This document shows positions 1 through 11,800 of a stretch of DNA of 29,124 bases, in pieces. A program made the position numbers and the translations under genes. The notes beneath the pieces were generated by a model. It made no database searches. It saw only the letters and a program-made list of their open reading frames with translations, and was not told the DNA's origin. Every line of letters starts with the position of its first letter. Position 1 is the stretch's first letter. Source of the stretch: an uncultured Acidobacteriota bacterium (GTDB lineage: Bacteria > Acidobacteriota > JAQAZP01); contig CAWIIB010000003.1 in the NCBI GenBank assembly GCA_963836075.1, positions 1 to 29,124 on the forward strand, in the 5' to 3' direction.

Positions 1-26
1 TGTATTCAGGGACTCATTGTCCTCAT

Positions 27-56
27 TTGATGAAACCCAAACGGGCACCATATCGT
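27..56 (+). promoter_or_regulatory. Possible sigma70-type promoter of the export operon
   Basis: TTGATG (27-32), 18-nt spacer, TATCGT (51-56), upstream of the GAGAGGA RBS and ATG 114. Weak match to consensus. Confidence 0.3.
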
Positions 57-113
57 AAAATAAAGGACTTCCCCGCCGTTTACCGGGGAAAAAACCCAGG
101 GAGAGGATTGCTT

Positions 114-999
114 ATGACTATCACCATCCGGGACCTGAGCAAGACCTACAAGGGCGGCGTTACCGCCCTCGAAGGGGTGAACCTGGAGATCCCCGCCCGC
201 ATGTTCGGCCTGCTCGGCCCCAACGGGGCCGGCAAGACCACGATGATAAAGATCCTTCTCACGCTGCTCCAGCCGACCTCCGGCGAAGTGAATATCGCGG
301 TGCTCGACGTGTCCAAAGACCGGCGGAAGATCCGTTCCCGGCTGGGCTACCTGCCCCAGGAGTTCGGCATCTACCCCAAGATGCGGGCCGGGAGTTTCTC
401 GACTTCATCGCCCGGCTGCAACGGCATGCTGAAGAGCGAGCGCGACCGGCGGGTGGACGAGATGCTGGAAAAGGTGGGGCTGGCCGACGCCGCGCGGCGC
501 AAGGTCAAGGCGCTCTCCGGCGGCATGCTGCGGCGGCTGGGCATCGCCCAGGCGCTGATCGGCGACCCCAACTGCTCATCGTCGACGAGCCCACCGTGGG
601 CCTCGATCCCGAGGAGCGGATCCGTTTCCGCGGGCTGCTCCCCGACATCGGCAGGAGATCGTGATCATCCTCTCCACCCACATCGTGGGCGACATCTCCA
701 GCGCCTGCGAAAACCTGGTGATCCTGGACAAGGGGAAGGTGCGCTACCGCGGCTCGCCGCCGGAACTGACGGCGAAGGCCGAGGGCAAGGCCTGGGAGAC
801 GGTGGCCCTGGAAAAGGACCTGCCGGCGATCAAGCAGCACTTCAGCGTGATCAGCACCGCCCCGCGCGGCGACCGGCTGCACCTCCGGCTGGTGGGCGAG
901 GGATCGGCCCCGGGCGTGGAACTGAAACCGGTAAAACCGAACCTGGAGGACGCCTACATCAACTTCATGGGCGGACTGGAGGAGGAAAACAATGTTTGA
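114..999 (+). CDS. ABC transporter ATP-binding protein (ABC-2/DrrA-like NBD), frameshifted in this assembly
   Basis: MTITIRDLSKTYKGG start, Walker A GPNGAGKT, Q-loop YLPQ, signature LSGGMLRR. Walker B/D-loop LLIVDEPTVGLDP reads in a shifted frame near 572-610. H-loop ILSTH and C-terminal PNLEDAY lie in ORF 661..999. Confidence 0.93.
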
Positions 1000-3900
1000 C
1001 CTCGCCGGAATCATGGGCCTGGCCAAGTACGAGGGCCGGCTCCTCCGCCGCACCTGGAAGTTCTGGATCCTGGCCGTGCTGGTCTCCATCGTCCTCTCGG
1101 TGAATCAAGATCTACCAGGGCGCCATCGTCGATTTCCTCTCCAGTTTCTCGGGCAGCATGGGCGGCTTCTACTCGCCGGGGAACATCTTCCAGAGCACGT
1201 TCCTCTTCTACAACATCCTCTTCGCCATCCTGCTCATCTGGTTCTGCTACGATTTCATCTCGCGGGACCGGCAGGTCCGGGTGGACGGGGTGCTGCACTC
1301 CCGCCCCCCGAGCACCTTCAGCCTGGTCTGGGCAAGTTTTTCGGCACCTTCAATCCGGTGGCCTTCATCGCCATCGTGCTCATCCCGCTGGCCACGCTGT
1401 TCTTCTACCTGGTGGCGGCCATCCTGCATTCCTTCTTCCCCTTCCTGGTCTTCCGCACCTACTTCCCGGTGACCCCCTACCTGGTGCAGGTGTTCGTCAT
1501 CACCCTGCCCTCGCTGGCCTTCATCATCGCCCTGGTCTTCTTCCTGGCCACGGTGACCAAGAGCCGGGTGGCGGCGATCATCATCGCCCATGCCTACGTG
1601 CTCATCGACATGGTGGCCTTCCTGCTTTCGGCTACTGGCTGCGCATCGAGTACGTGCCCATCGTCGATTTCAGCGGGTACAGTGTCCTCTCCTTCTACTC
1701 CGACCTCTCCGGGTTTTCCGATCTGCACCTGGTGCTGCTGCACCGCGGCTACATCATCGGCCTGACCCTGCTGCTGCTGGCCCTCACCGCCATGTTCCAC
1801 CCCCGCCTGGCCCAGGCCGGCCGGGTGTCGCAGCCGGTGCGCCTCACCGCCATCATCTGCGCACTGCTCGGCGTCTTTTACGCGGGGTACGTGGTCACCA
1901 CCGGGCACCGCTCCATCGCCTCGCGCACCGCAGGCCATGGCCGAACAGGAAGCGCTGGTGGAGCGGCCGCTGACCACGGTGACCCATTTCGACATGGACG
2001 TGGACCTGACCCGGGCGCACCACATCGCCGCCGAGGCGACGATGAGGGTGCGCAACGAAACCGACCAGCCCCAGGAGCTGCTGACCTTCGTCCTGAACAG
2101 CGGCCTCGAGGTGGACGAAGTGACCGGCCCCGGGGGCGAAGCACTGGAATTCGAGCGCGAACTGACGGTGCTTACGGTGCACATCCCAACCCTGGACCCG
2201 GGGGCCGAATCGGAGATCCGCGTGGCCTGGCAGGGCGGCATCCAGACCCCCACCCTGTTCCTGAACAGCACGCTGGAAATCAACGAACTGAAGGGCAACC
2301 AGCGGAACAACACCGCCATTCTCGGCGACCGGCCGGCGTTGATCACGCCCCGCTGCACCTACCTGGTGCCCCAGGTGCGCTGGTACCCGTCGCCCAACGT
2401 CGACTACGGCTACACCTACCCCGAAAAGAACGACGCCAACTACGCCACCACCGATGTTCGGATCTCAGTGCCCGAGGGCTGTTTCGCCATTTCCCAGGGG
2501 GAGCTGGCCGAGCGCAAACAGTCCGCCGGGAGCAGCACGCTGCACCACTACGTTTCCGATGTGCCGGTGCCCGGTATCTCGATCAACTCCGGCACCTACC
2601 AGGTGGTACGGGGCGAAATGGGCGGCATCACGACGAACCTCTACTACCTCGAAGCCCACGGGGAGAACATCGAGTTCTTCCGCTCCCTGTCCGACATCAT
2701 CCGCGAACAGGTGGAAGCCAAGCTGGAGGAGCTGAAGGAGACCACCGGCCTGGAATACCCCTACCCGGCGCTGAGCCTGGTGGAGGTGCCCGACTCCATG
2801 CGGGCCTATTCCGAGGGGTGGGACAGCCCCAACCCGCTGATCCAGCCCGGCGTGGTGATGCTCAAGGAATCGGGGTTCTTCAAGGCCAACTTCCAGTTCG
2901 GTTTCAACATCCGGTCCCGCAGCGCCCGGGAGGAAAGCGGGGACGAGGAACTGCCCACCGAGCGGGCCAACGAGATCAAGATGGAGATGCTGAAGACCTT
3001 CTTCGACCTCGACGTGCTCAGCGGCAACATGATCCAGAACGCCATGCAGAGCTTCTGGGGCTTCCAGGTCGACCCGGTGGGGCCGCTCTACCCGCTGGCC
3101 AGCCGGCGGCCTCGACAACTACATCAAGGAGATCGCCACCGAAAGCCGGCCGATGAGCTCGGTCTACTCGCTGATCAGCTTCAATGAAAACCAGCAGGGG
3201 ATGCCCGCGGCCATGTCGCAGGGCAAGTCGATCAGCGAGGCCGTGTTCGACACCATCTTCGACAAGAAGACCATCTACCCGGTGATCCTCGAGACGCCGC
3301 TGGCCGAGCTGGTGCCCGGGGACGACCCGGGGCTGTTCTACAAGGTGATGAGCTACAAGGGCCGGGGCTTCGTGGTCAGCCTGCGCGAGGCCATGGGGCA
3401 CGAGCACTTCCGCGCCATGATCATCGAGCTGCTGACCCGCTACCGCTACGGACACTACACCTTCGAAGACATGCGGCGGCTGGCCGAGGAGGTCAGCGGC
3501 GAGGACCTGGGCTGGTTCTTCGAGCAGTGGACCCACCGCACCGACCTCGCCGGGTACAAGGTGGTGGACCACGAGGCCTACCGCATCGAATCCGATGAGG
3601 AGATCCCCACCTACCAGGTGCGGCTGCAACTGGCCAACGAGGAAGCCACCGGCGGCTTCGTTATCGTCACCTTCCACACCCGGGAGGACGAGATCGAGAC
3701 GGCGGCTGAAGGTCAACGGCTACGAAACCGTGGAGGTGGCCCTGGTGGTGGCCGACGAGCCTCAGCGGGTGGTGGTGGACCCGATCCTGGCCCGCAACGA
3801 GGAGATGATCGAGAAGGAGTTCACCATTCCCGAGGAAGCGGTGGACGCCGAACCGGTGGAGCGGGTGGCCGTCATCGCCTCGGAACCGGCCGAGCAGCGC

Positions 3901-4443
3901 AAGGGACGTGATCGTCGACGACCTGGACCAGGGGTTCAGCCTCACCGGGACCGGCGGCGGCGGCCTGCTCCGCTGGCGTTCGGGGGAGGAGGGCGAGGAC
4001 GGGGAAGCGCCGGCCATCCCGGAGTACATCCGCGGTCTGCCCGACGAGTGGAACAACTGGACGCGCGACGAGGCATACGGTCTTTACAACCACACGATGA
4101 AGGTGAAGGGCGGCGGCGAGGGCGAGTTCTCGGCCCGCTGGGCCGCCGACCTGCCCCGCCGCGGCCGCTACGAGGTCTTCGTCTATATCGGCATCGAGGG
4201 GAAGACCTCCGCGTGCGCGATGAAGACGAAAGACTGGGCAGCAACTACCAATACACCATCGAGCACGAGGACGGCCCGGAGACGGTGACCTTCGACGCCA
4301 CCGGCGCGGAGGAGGGCTGGAACAGCCTCGGCACCTGGTACTTCTCGCCGGACAACGAGGCCGTGGTGCTGCTCAGCGACCAGGCCGACGGCGCGGTGAT
4401 CGCCGACGCGGTGAAGTTCAGCTACAACGAGAATGATGACTAG
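992..4443 (+). CDS. ABC-2-type permease fused to an M1 aminopeptidase-like domain (no HExxH) and a C-terminal golvesin/xanthan-lyase CBD-like beta domain; ~1150 aa after joining frames
   Basis: N-terminal LAKYEGRLLRR, several TM helices and ISRDRQVRVDGVLHSRP (ABC-2 permease motif). M1-like segments: WYP, YPYPALSLVEVP, SYKG..LREAMG.E.F, TFEDMRRLAEEVSGEDLGWFFEQW. C-terminal GWNSLGTWYF...VLLSDQADGAVIADAVKF. Pieces: 992..1765, 1158..1472, 1654.., 1937..3187, 3153.., 3595..4443, 3908..4288. Confidence 0.82.
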
Positions 4444-4452
4444 ATGAGCTAT

Positions 4453-4577
4453 CAAAACCTCAGCTGTGGTTCGAAAGCAAGGCGACGGTTGAGGAGAACG
4501 CGCAGCCCACTCACGATGGTATGTGAGCATTTCGACGAAGCCGTCAACGCAGCTATCGGATCTCGGATGAGGTTTTG
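4453..4577. repeat. Long imperfect palindromic intergenic element (structured RNA or MITE/REP-like)
   Basis: Terminal IR CAAAACCTCA (4453-4462) / TGAGGTTTTG (4568-4577). Nested stems GACGGTT/AGCCGTC and CTCAC/GTGAG. Confidence 0.6.
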
Positions 4578-4592
4578 CAAGGAGGCAACCGA

Positions 4593-5675
4593 ATGACCAC
4601 CAGATGCCCACAGGTCTCAATTGTCGCGGCGCTCTTCATCGTCCCGCTGCTCCTCGCCGCTGCGGGCTGCGGCGGCCAGGAGTCCACCGCCGGCCTGGAG
4701 GTGAAGATCCCGGTACGGGTGGAGGAGGCCGGGCGGGCCGACATCGCCGAATATCTCTCCACCACCGGCACGGTACGGGCGATCCAGGAGGTCAAGCTCG
4801 AGTCGCCGATGACCGGGTATCTGACCCTCGGGAAGCTGGGCGGCAACGGCCGGCGGCTGATCGAGGGTGACCCGGTGAAACAGGGACAGGTGGTCGCCCT
4901 GCTGGACAGCGAGGAGACGCGGGTCAACAAGAAGAGCGGCATCGACGCCCGCCGCGCCGAGCTGGAGAAGGCGCAGAGCGACTACGAGCGCTACAAGAAT
5001 CTCTACGACGAGGGATTCGTCTCCGAGCAGGAGATGAGGAACTACGAGAGCGCCCTGGCCACCGCGCAATACAACTACGACAACACGCTGATCGTCGAGG
5101 AGCAGACCAGGATCCTCGCCCCGATCTCCGGCCGGCTGACCTGGCTGATCCGCGATGTGGACGGGGCCAAGGTCACCGCCGGCGAGGAACTGGCCGAGGT
5201 GATGGACTTCTCCCAGGTGCTGGCCGACCTGGAGCTGCCCGGGGGCGACATCGCCCGGGTGGAGAAGGGGATGACGGTCAACATCACCAACTACGCCTAC
5301 CCCGACAAAGTGTTCGAGGGCAAGGTGCGCTACATCAGCTCCACCATCCAGGCCCAGTCCCGGACCTTCCGCGTGGAGGTGCTGCTGGCAAACAACGAGG
5401 GACTGGTGCGGCCGGGTATGTTCGTCAAGGCCGACATCGTCACCCGGGCCCGGACGCAGGCCCTGGTGCTGCCGCGGCACGCGGTGGTGATCCGCAACAA
5501 CCGGCCGTCGGTGTTCGTGGTCTCGCGGCAGAAGGCCGAGATGCGCGAGGTGGTCACCGGCCTCGAGGACGAGGACCGGGTGGAGATCCTCTCCGGCATC
5601 GAAGAGGGTGAGCGGGTGGTGGTCCAGGGCTACGAAACGCTCAAGGATAAGACACCGGTGAAGGTCAACTCCTGA
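4593..5675 (+). CDS. RND efflux periplasmic adaptor (membrane fusion protein), predicted lipoprotein
   Basis: GGAGG RBS at 4581-4585, lipobox-like LAAAGC, EGDPVKQGQVVALLD, helical hairpin, ILAPISG, SRTFRVEV, LVRPGMFV, VEILSGIEEGERVVVQG. ORF intact. Confidence 0.93.
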   Translation: MTTRCPQVSIVAALFIVPLLLAAAGCGGQESTAGLEVKIPVRVEEAGRADIAEYLSTTGTVRAIQEVKLESPMTGYLTLGKLGGNGRRLIEGDPVKQGQVVALLDSEETRVNKKSGIDARRAELEKAQSDYERYKNLYDEGFVSEQEMRNYESALATAQYNYDNTLIVEEQTRILAPISGRLTWLIRDVDGAKVTAGEELAEVMDFSQVLADLELPGGDIARVEKGMTVNITNYAYPDKVFEGKVRYISSTIQAQSRTFRVEVLLANNEGLVRPGMFVKADIVTRARTQALVLPRHAVVIRNNRPSVFVVSRQKAEMREVVTGLEDEDRVEILSGIEEGERVVVQGYETLKDKTPVKVNS

Positions 5676-8600
5676 TGAAAGCCATATCCAGCCTGGCGGT
5701 CCGTTTCCCGGTCACCGTGGTGATGATCTTCACCGGGGTGCTCCTGCTCGGCTACATCTCGCTGGACAAGCTGGGTATCGACCTGCTGCCCGACATCTCC
5801 AGCCCCAAGGTGGTGGTGGTGCTCGAGTCGGGGAACCGGCCGCCGCGGGAGATGGAGGACGTGTTCGGCGAGCAGCTGGAGTCCCAGCTGAGCACCATCA
5901 GCGGCGTCTCCCGGGTCTCGTCGGTCTCGCGGGTGGGCAGCATCATGGTCACGGTGGAGTTCTACTGGGACACCGACATGGACTTCGCCCTGCTCGAGGT
6001 GCAGAAGAACATCGGCTACCTCCAGGCGGACCGCGAGGTGGATGCCCTTTCCATCCGCCGCTTCGATCCCCAGGCCGCCCCGGTTCTGCGGGTGGGCATG
6101 TTCCCCGCGGGTGAAGAGCGACGCCGGGGCCGACCTGGACGAACTGCGGCGGCTGGCCGAAGACTATGTCCGACCGGCGCTGGAACGGCTGCGCGGCGTG
6201 GCCGCGGTGCGCATCTCCGGCGGCCGGGAGCGGGAGGTGATCATCGAGACCGACGAGTTTCTGCTCGACGCCATCGGCATCACCGTGGACGACGTGGCCA
6301 CCCGGGTGGCGGAGGCCAACATCGACAGCTCCGGCGGCACCCTCGAGGAAGACGGCAAAATCTACGTGATCAAGGGGGTGGGTCGGTTCACCGACCTGGA
6401 CCAGCTCCGCGCCCTCACCGTGGCCTACCTTGACCGGAGCAAGGCCCCCTCGGACCTGGTCTCCCAGAACACCGCCTTCGACCCGCTCAAGGTGCCGGTG
6501 CCCCTCTCCCGGGTGGCCCGGGTCTACTACGGGGACAAGGAGGTGCGCAACCTGGTGCGGATCAACGGTATCGAAGGTGTGGGCCTCTCGGTGCACAAGG
6601 AGGGCGGCAGCAACACGGTGACGGTGAGCGGCGACGTGCGCGACACCCTGGACCAGCTGAGCCGTTCGCTGCCCGGCGTGCGCTTCGAGGTGGTGCGCGA
6701 CCAGGCCCGCTTCATCACCGGCTCGATCCGCGAAGTGGAGGAGCAGGCGCTGATCGGCGCGCTGCTGGCCATCGTGATCCTCTTCCTCTTCCTGCGCAGC
6801 TTCGGCGCCACCCTGGTCATCGCCCTGGCCATCCCCCTCTCCATCATCGCCACCTTCGTGCTGATGTATTTCGCCGGGCTGAGCCTGAACATCATGACCC
6901 TCGGCGGCCTGGCCCTGGGAGTGGGCCTGCTGGTGGACAACGCCATCGTGGTGATCGAGAACATCTACCGCCACCTCCAGGCCGGCAAGGGCAAGATCGA
7001 GGCGGCCATCGACGGCGCGTCGGAAGTGGGCGGCGCGATCTTCGCCTCCACCTTGACCACCTGCGTGGTCTTCCTGCCCGTGGTCTTCATCGGCGACATC
7101 ACCGGCGAGCTTTTGAAAGAGCAGGCCTTCACGGTGAGCATCTCCCTGCTCTGCTCGCTGGTGGTGGCCATGGTGCTGATCCCCATGCTCGCCTCGCGGG
7201 TGCTGAAAAAGAAGCGGCTGCGGCGACGGATGGCGAGCACAAGGTGCGCAGCAGGGCGTACAACGGCCTGCTGGGCTGGGCGCTGAATCACAAGCTGATC
7301 GTGGTGGTGCTGACCCTGGTTCTTGGCCTGCTTGGCCGCCGAGGCCTTCCGGCGCAGCGGCACCGAGTTTCTGCCCCGGGCCGACCAGGGCGAGTTCGGC
7401 ATCCGGCTGGCGCTCCCCGAGGGGACGCTGGTGGAGCGGACCGCCGCGGTCTCCGGCTTCGTCGAGGACCTGCTGCTGTCGAATTTCGGCGACGAGATCA
7501 CCGCGGTGTACAGCGACATCGGCAAGCGGCGGCTGGAGGACGAGCTGCTCACCGAGGAGGTGTGGGACGAAAACACCGCGCTGGTCCTCGTTTCGCTGAA
7601 GCCGTTCAACCAGCGCGACCTGCACACCTCGGCGATCATCGGCGCCATCGACCCGGTGCTGCGCGACGTGCCCGACCTGGAGGCGACCTACAACCTCGGC
7701 GAGACCGCCCTGCAGCAGACCATCGGCTCCGGCGACGCGCCGGTGAGCATCGAGGTGCGGGGCCAGGACGTGGACCGGCTGCAGGAGATCAGCGACGGGG
7801 TGGCGGCCCAGCTGGCGGAAATGGGCGCCGCGGGCAAGGGGATCTACAACGTGCGCACCAGCTTCCAGGGCGGCCGCGAGGAGCTGGCGATCCACATCGA
7901 CCGGATGACCGCGGCCAGCCTGGGCCTCGACGTGACCTCCATCACCCGGTTGGTCAAGCGGAAGCTCTACGGCGAGGAGATCTCGATCTTCCGCGCCGAG
8001 GACGAGGACCGGGACATCTCGATCCGCCACCCGATGATGGACCTCAATCAGCTGCTCAACCTGGAGATCGAGAACCCCACCGGCACCCGGGTGCTGCTCA
8101 AGGACATCGCCCGGGTGGAGAGCGAGACCGGCCCGCGGGAAATCCTGCGCCGCGGCCAGTCCCGGGTGGGCCTGGTCCAGGCCGACCTGGCCGAGGGGGT
8201 GACGCTGAGCGAGGTGAGCGGCGAAATCGGCGAGCGCCTCGACGGGATGAACGTGCCGCGGGGCTACCGCTTCCTGGTGGGCGGCGAGGAGCTGCGGCGC
8301 CAGGAGTCTTTCGAGAAACTGCGCTTCGCCATGCTGCTGGCCCTCTTCCTGGTCTACATGGTGATGGCCTCGCAGTTCGAGTCGCTGGTCCACCCCTTCA
8401 CCATCATGCTCACCATCCCCATGGCCGGGATCGGCGTGGCCGCCTTCTTCTTCATCGCCGGGTTGCCGCTGTCGGTGATGGCCTTCATCGGCATCATCAT
8501 CCTCGCCGGCATCGCGGTGAACGACGGGATCATCCTCATCGACTTCGTCAATATCCTGCGCCGCCGGGGGATGAAGCGCCGTGAAGCGCTGCTGGCCGCC

Positions 8601-8825
8601 GGCCAGGCGAGGCTGCGGCCGATCCTGATGACCAGCTCCACCACCATCCTCGCCCTGCTGCCGCTGTCGCTGGGCTTTGGCGAGGGGGCCGAGCTGCGGG
8701 CGCCGCTGGCCTACGCCATCATCGGCGGGCTGGTCACCTCCACCATCCTGACCCTGGTGGTGCTGCCGGTGGCCTATGACCTGATCGACCGCCTGCGGCC
8801 CGCGGGGAGGGGGACGGACGCGTGA
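5675..8825 (+). CDS. RND permease subunit 1 (AcrB/MdtB-like), frameshifted
   Basis: AVRFPVTVVM, LGIDLLPDISSP, TM4 GLLVDNAIVVIENI, LASQFES-type motif (MASQFESLVHPF), GIAVNDGIILID, RLRPILMTS. Pieces 5675.., 6042.., 7323..8825. TGATG overlap with the adaptor gene. Confidence 0.93.
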
Positions 8826-11800
8826 ACCTCCCCACTTTCGCCATCAAGCGGCCGGTGACCACGGTGATGTTCTTCATCGCCCTGGGAGTGCTGGGCGTGA
8901 TCAGCTACACCACCCTGCCGGTGCAGCTGATGCCCAACTACATCTACCCCAAGATGTTCGTCTATGCCGGTTACCCCGGCGCCTCGCCGGAGAAGGTGGA
9001 GGAGGACCTGGTGGAGCGGCTTGAGGCCGAGATCGCCACCCTCGAGGACATCGAGGAGATCGAGGCCGACTCGAACCAGAACTACGGATTGATCACCGTC
9101 TCCTACAAGCTGGGCACCGACCTCAACTACGCCTATCTCAAGCTGGAGCAGAAGGTCAACGGCCTGATCGGCCTGCTGCCCGAAACCGCCACGCTCAGCG
9201 TGGAGCGCTTGGACACTTCGGCCTTCTCCAACTTCGTCATGCAGCTCAACGTGGCCGGGCCGGGGGGCCTGCCCTATATCCGCCGGCTGGCCGAGGAGAA
9301 GATCCAGCCCCGGCTGGAATCGGTGAACGGCGTGGTCAGCGTCCAGGTCTTCGGCGGGCAAAGACTGGGCGTGCAGGTGACCCTCGACGAGGACCGCCTG
9401 CGCTCCTACGGCATCATGCCGACCCAGGTGCTGGCCACCCTGAACGGCTTCCACCGGCGGCGGGAATTCGTCGGCGAGGTGGAGGTGGACGGGAAGCGCC
9501 AGTTCGCCATGGTGGAGGGGCGGTTCACCTCGCTGCAGGAGATCCGCGACCTGCCGTTGAATACCTTGGCAGCGGGACGATCTTCCTCCGCGACGTGGCC
9601 CGGGTGGAGGAGGCGGCGGACCGGCAGACCCAGGTCTCGCGGGTGGACGGCCACCCCACGGTGAGCGTGCTGATCCAGAAGGACGAGCAGTCGAACCTGA
9701 TCAAGGTGGCCCGTCTGCTGCGCCCGGAGATCGCGGCGATCAACGACGAGATGGCGCCCACCGGGGTGCGGGTCAGCACCGCCTTCGACAGCGCGGAGAT
9801 GATCGAGAAGGATATCGACCGGGTGAAAAAGCTGGCCCTGGGCGGCGGGCTGCTCGCCCTGCTGATGCTGCTGATCTTCCTCAGCGGCCCGCGCCGGTGC
9901 TGGTGGTCTCGCTGGCCATCCCGGTCTCGCTGCTGGTGACCTTCAACCTGATGGCCGCCTCGGGCCTGGCCATCGACGTGCTGACCCTGATCGGGTTGAC
10001 CCTCTCCATCGGCCTGCTGGTGGACAATGCCATCGTGGTGCTGGAGAGCATCACCCGGCACCGCGAGCGGGGCCAGCCGCGGATGGAGGCGGCGGTCACC
10101 GGCAGTTCCGAGGTGTTCAAGGCGATCATCGTCGGCACGGTGACCACCGTGGCGGTGTTCACGCCGCTGCTCTGGGTCAAGACCGAGTTCACCGAACTGT
10201 ACAACGACTTCGCCCTGGCCATCATCTTTCCCCTGCTGGTTTCGCTGCTGGTGGCGGTGACCCTGATCCCCATGCTGGCCAGCCGCCTGGGCCGGCGGGA
10301 CACGGGACGTAGACGTTCGACCCAGTCGAGGACCGCAAGCGGCCGCGGCGAGTGCTGCAGATCTACACCCTGCTGCTCAAGCAGCTGGCCCGGCACCAGG
10401 TGCTGACCACGGTCTCCTTCTTCGCCCTGCTGATGCTCACCGTGCTGGTCACCACCCCGATCATCCTCTTCCTCTTCGACGCCAGCCAGCCGCCCACCGA
10501 CCGCATCGAGATGAAGCTGGAACTGCCCGAGGGCACCGACCTGGAATCGACCCTGGCGGTCACCGCCCAGCTGGAGTCGCATGACCCTCGACCTGCCGGA
10601 CCGCAAGGTCACCAATTCCACCGTTCGCGAGGGCGAGGCCTTTGTCACCGTGGAGCTGCTGCCCGAGGACGAGCGGACCTCGGAGCAGTCGCTGGGCGCC
10701 ATCCGCCAGCGGCTCATCGACCGCACCCGGGAGCTGCGGGAGAGCAGCGCGGCCGACATCTACTTCGACCGCTCGCAGTTCCAGAGCGCGGCCGGGGGCG
10801 ATGACGGCGGCGGGGGCGCGCGCGGGAATGCTCGGCCTGACCCGCACCGAGGAGACGGTGGTGCTCACCGGCGAGGAGATGCCCCGGCTGGTGGACCTGG
10901 CCGGGGAGGTGGAATACCGGCTGAGGCAGATCGAAGGGGTGGACGGCGGCATCGATCCGCATGGACGTGGAGAAGGCCACCCCGGAGGTGCGGCTGGAAG
11001 CCCGCTACCGCGACCTGTCGGCCTGGGGGCTCTCCATGCGCCAGGTGATGGGCCTGCTCTGGATGGCCCGCCGGGACGGGGACCGGCTGACCTACCCCTA
11101 CCGCGACCGGCAGGACGACGAGATGCAGATCCAGGTCCGCCTGGGCGAGGAGGGGGAGTGGGGTTTCAGTGACCTGCGGGACCTCTCCATCCCCACGCCC
11201 AACGGCGAGTTCGTCCGGGTGGCGGAGCTGATGGACTTCCGCCGGGAGGCCGGCCTGCCCAGCCTCAAGCGCCACCAGGGGACCCACCGGATCCGCCTCT
11301 ACTACGGCTACGACGACCGAGGTGCTGGACACCCAGACCCGCCTCGACGAACTGCGCGGGACGTGGACGAGCTGCTGCTCGCCATCCCCCTGCCCCGGGG
11401 CTACACCCTGGCCGCGGAGCGGGAGGACGAGGAGACGAACGTCTGGAAGTTCATGCTCTACGTGGCGCTGATCCTGGTCTACATGATCCTCGCCGCTTCG
11501 TTCGAGTCGTTCAACCTGCCGCTGCTGATCCTCTTCACCATCCCCATGGCCCTGATCGGGGTGCTGATCCTGGTGGCGGTCACCGGGGTCGGCCTCGGTC
11601 CGCTGGTCTTTCTCGCCCTGCTGGTGCTGCTGGGCATGGTGGTGAACAACGGCATCCTGCTCATCGATTACGCCCGGCAGCTGGTGCGCAACAAGGGGTT
11701 CCGCCCCGAACGGGCGATCATCGCCTCGGGCCGGGCCCGCTTCCGCCCGGTGATCATGACCGCCACCACCACCATGGTGGGCATGCTGCCGCTGGCCATG

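Noticed and set aside
3397-3415. GHEHFR as the M1 zinc motif
   Set aside because: Not HExxH, and it lies downstream of the YKG region where M1 enzymes have a structural helix.
5949-8393. 814-aa minus-strand ORF and similar long antisense ORFs (10865..12862, 12528..14456, 17795..19039)
   Set aside because: Shadow ORFs opposite well-supported GC-rich genes, with no recognisable motifs.
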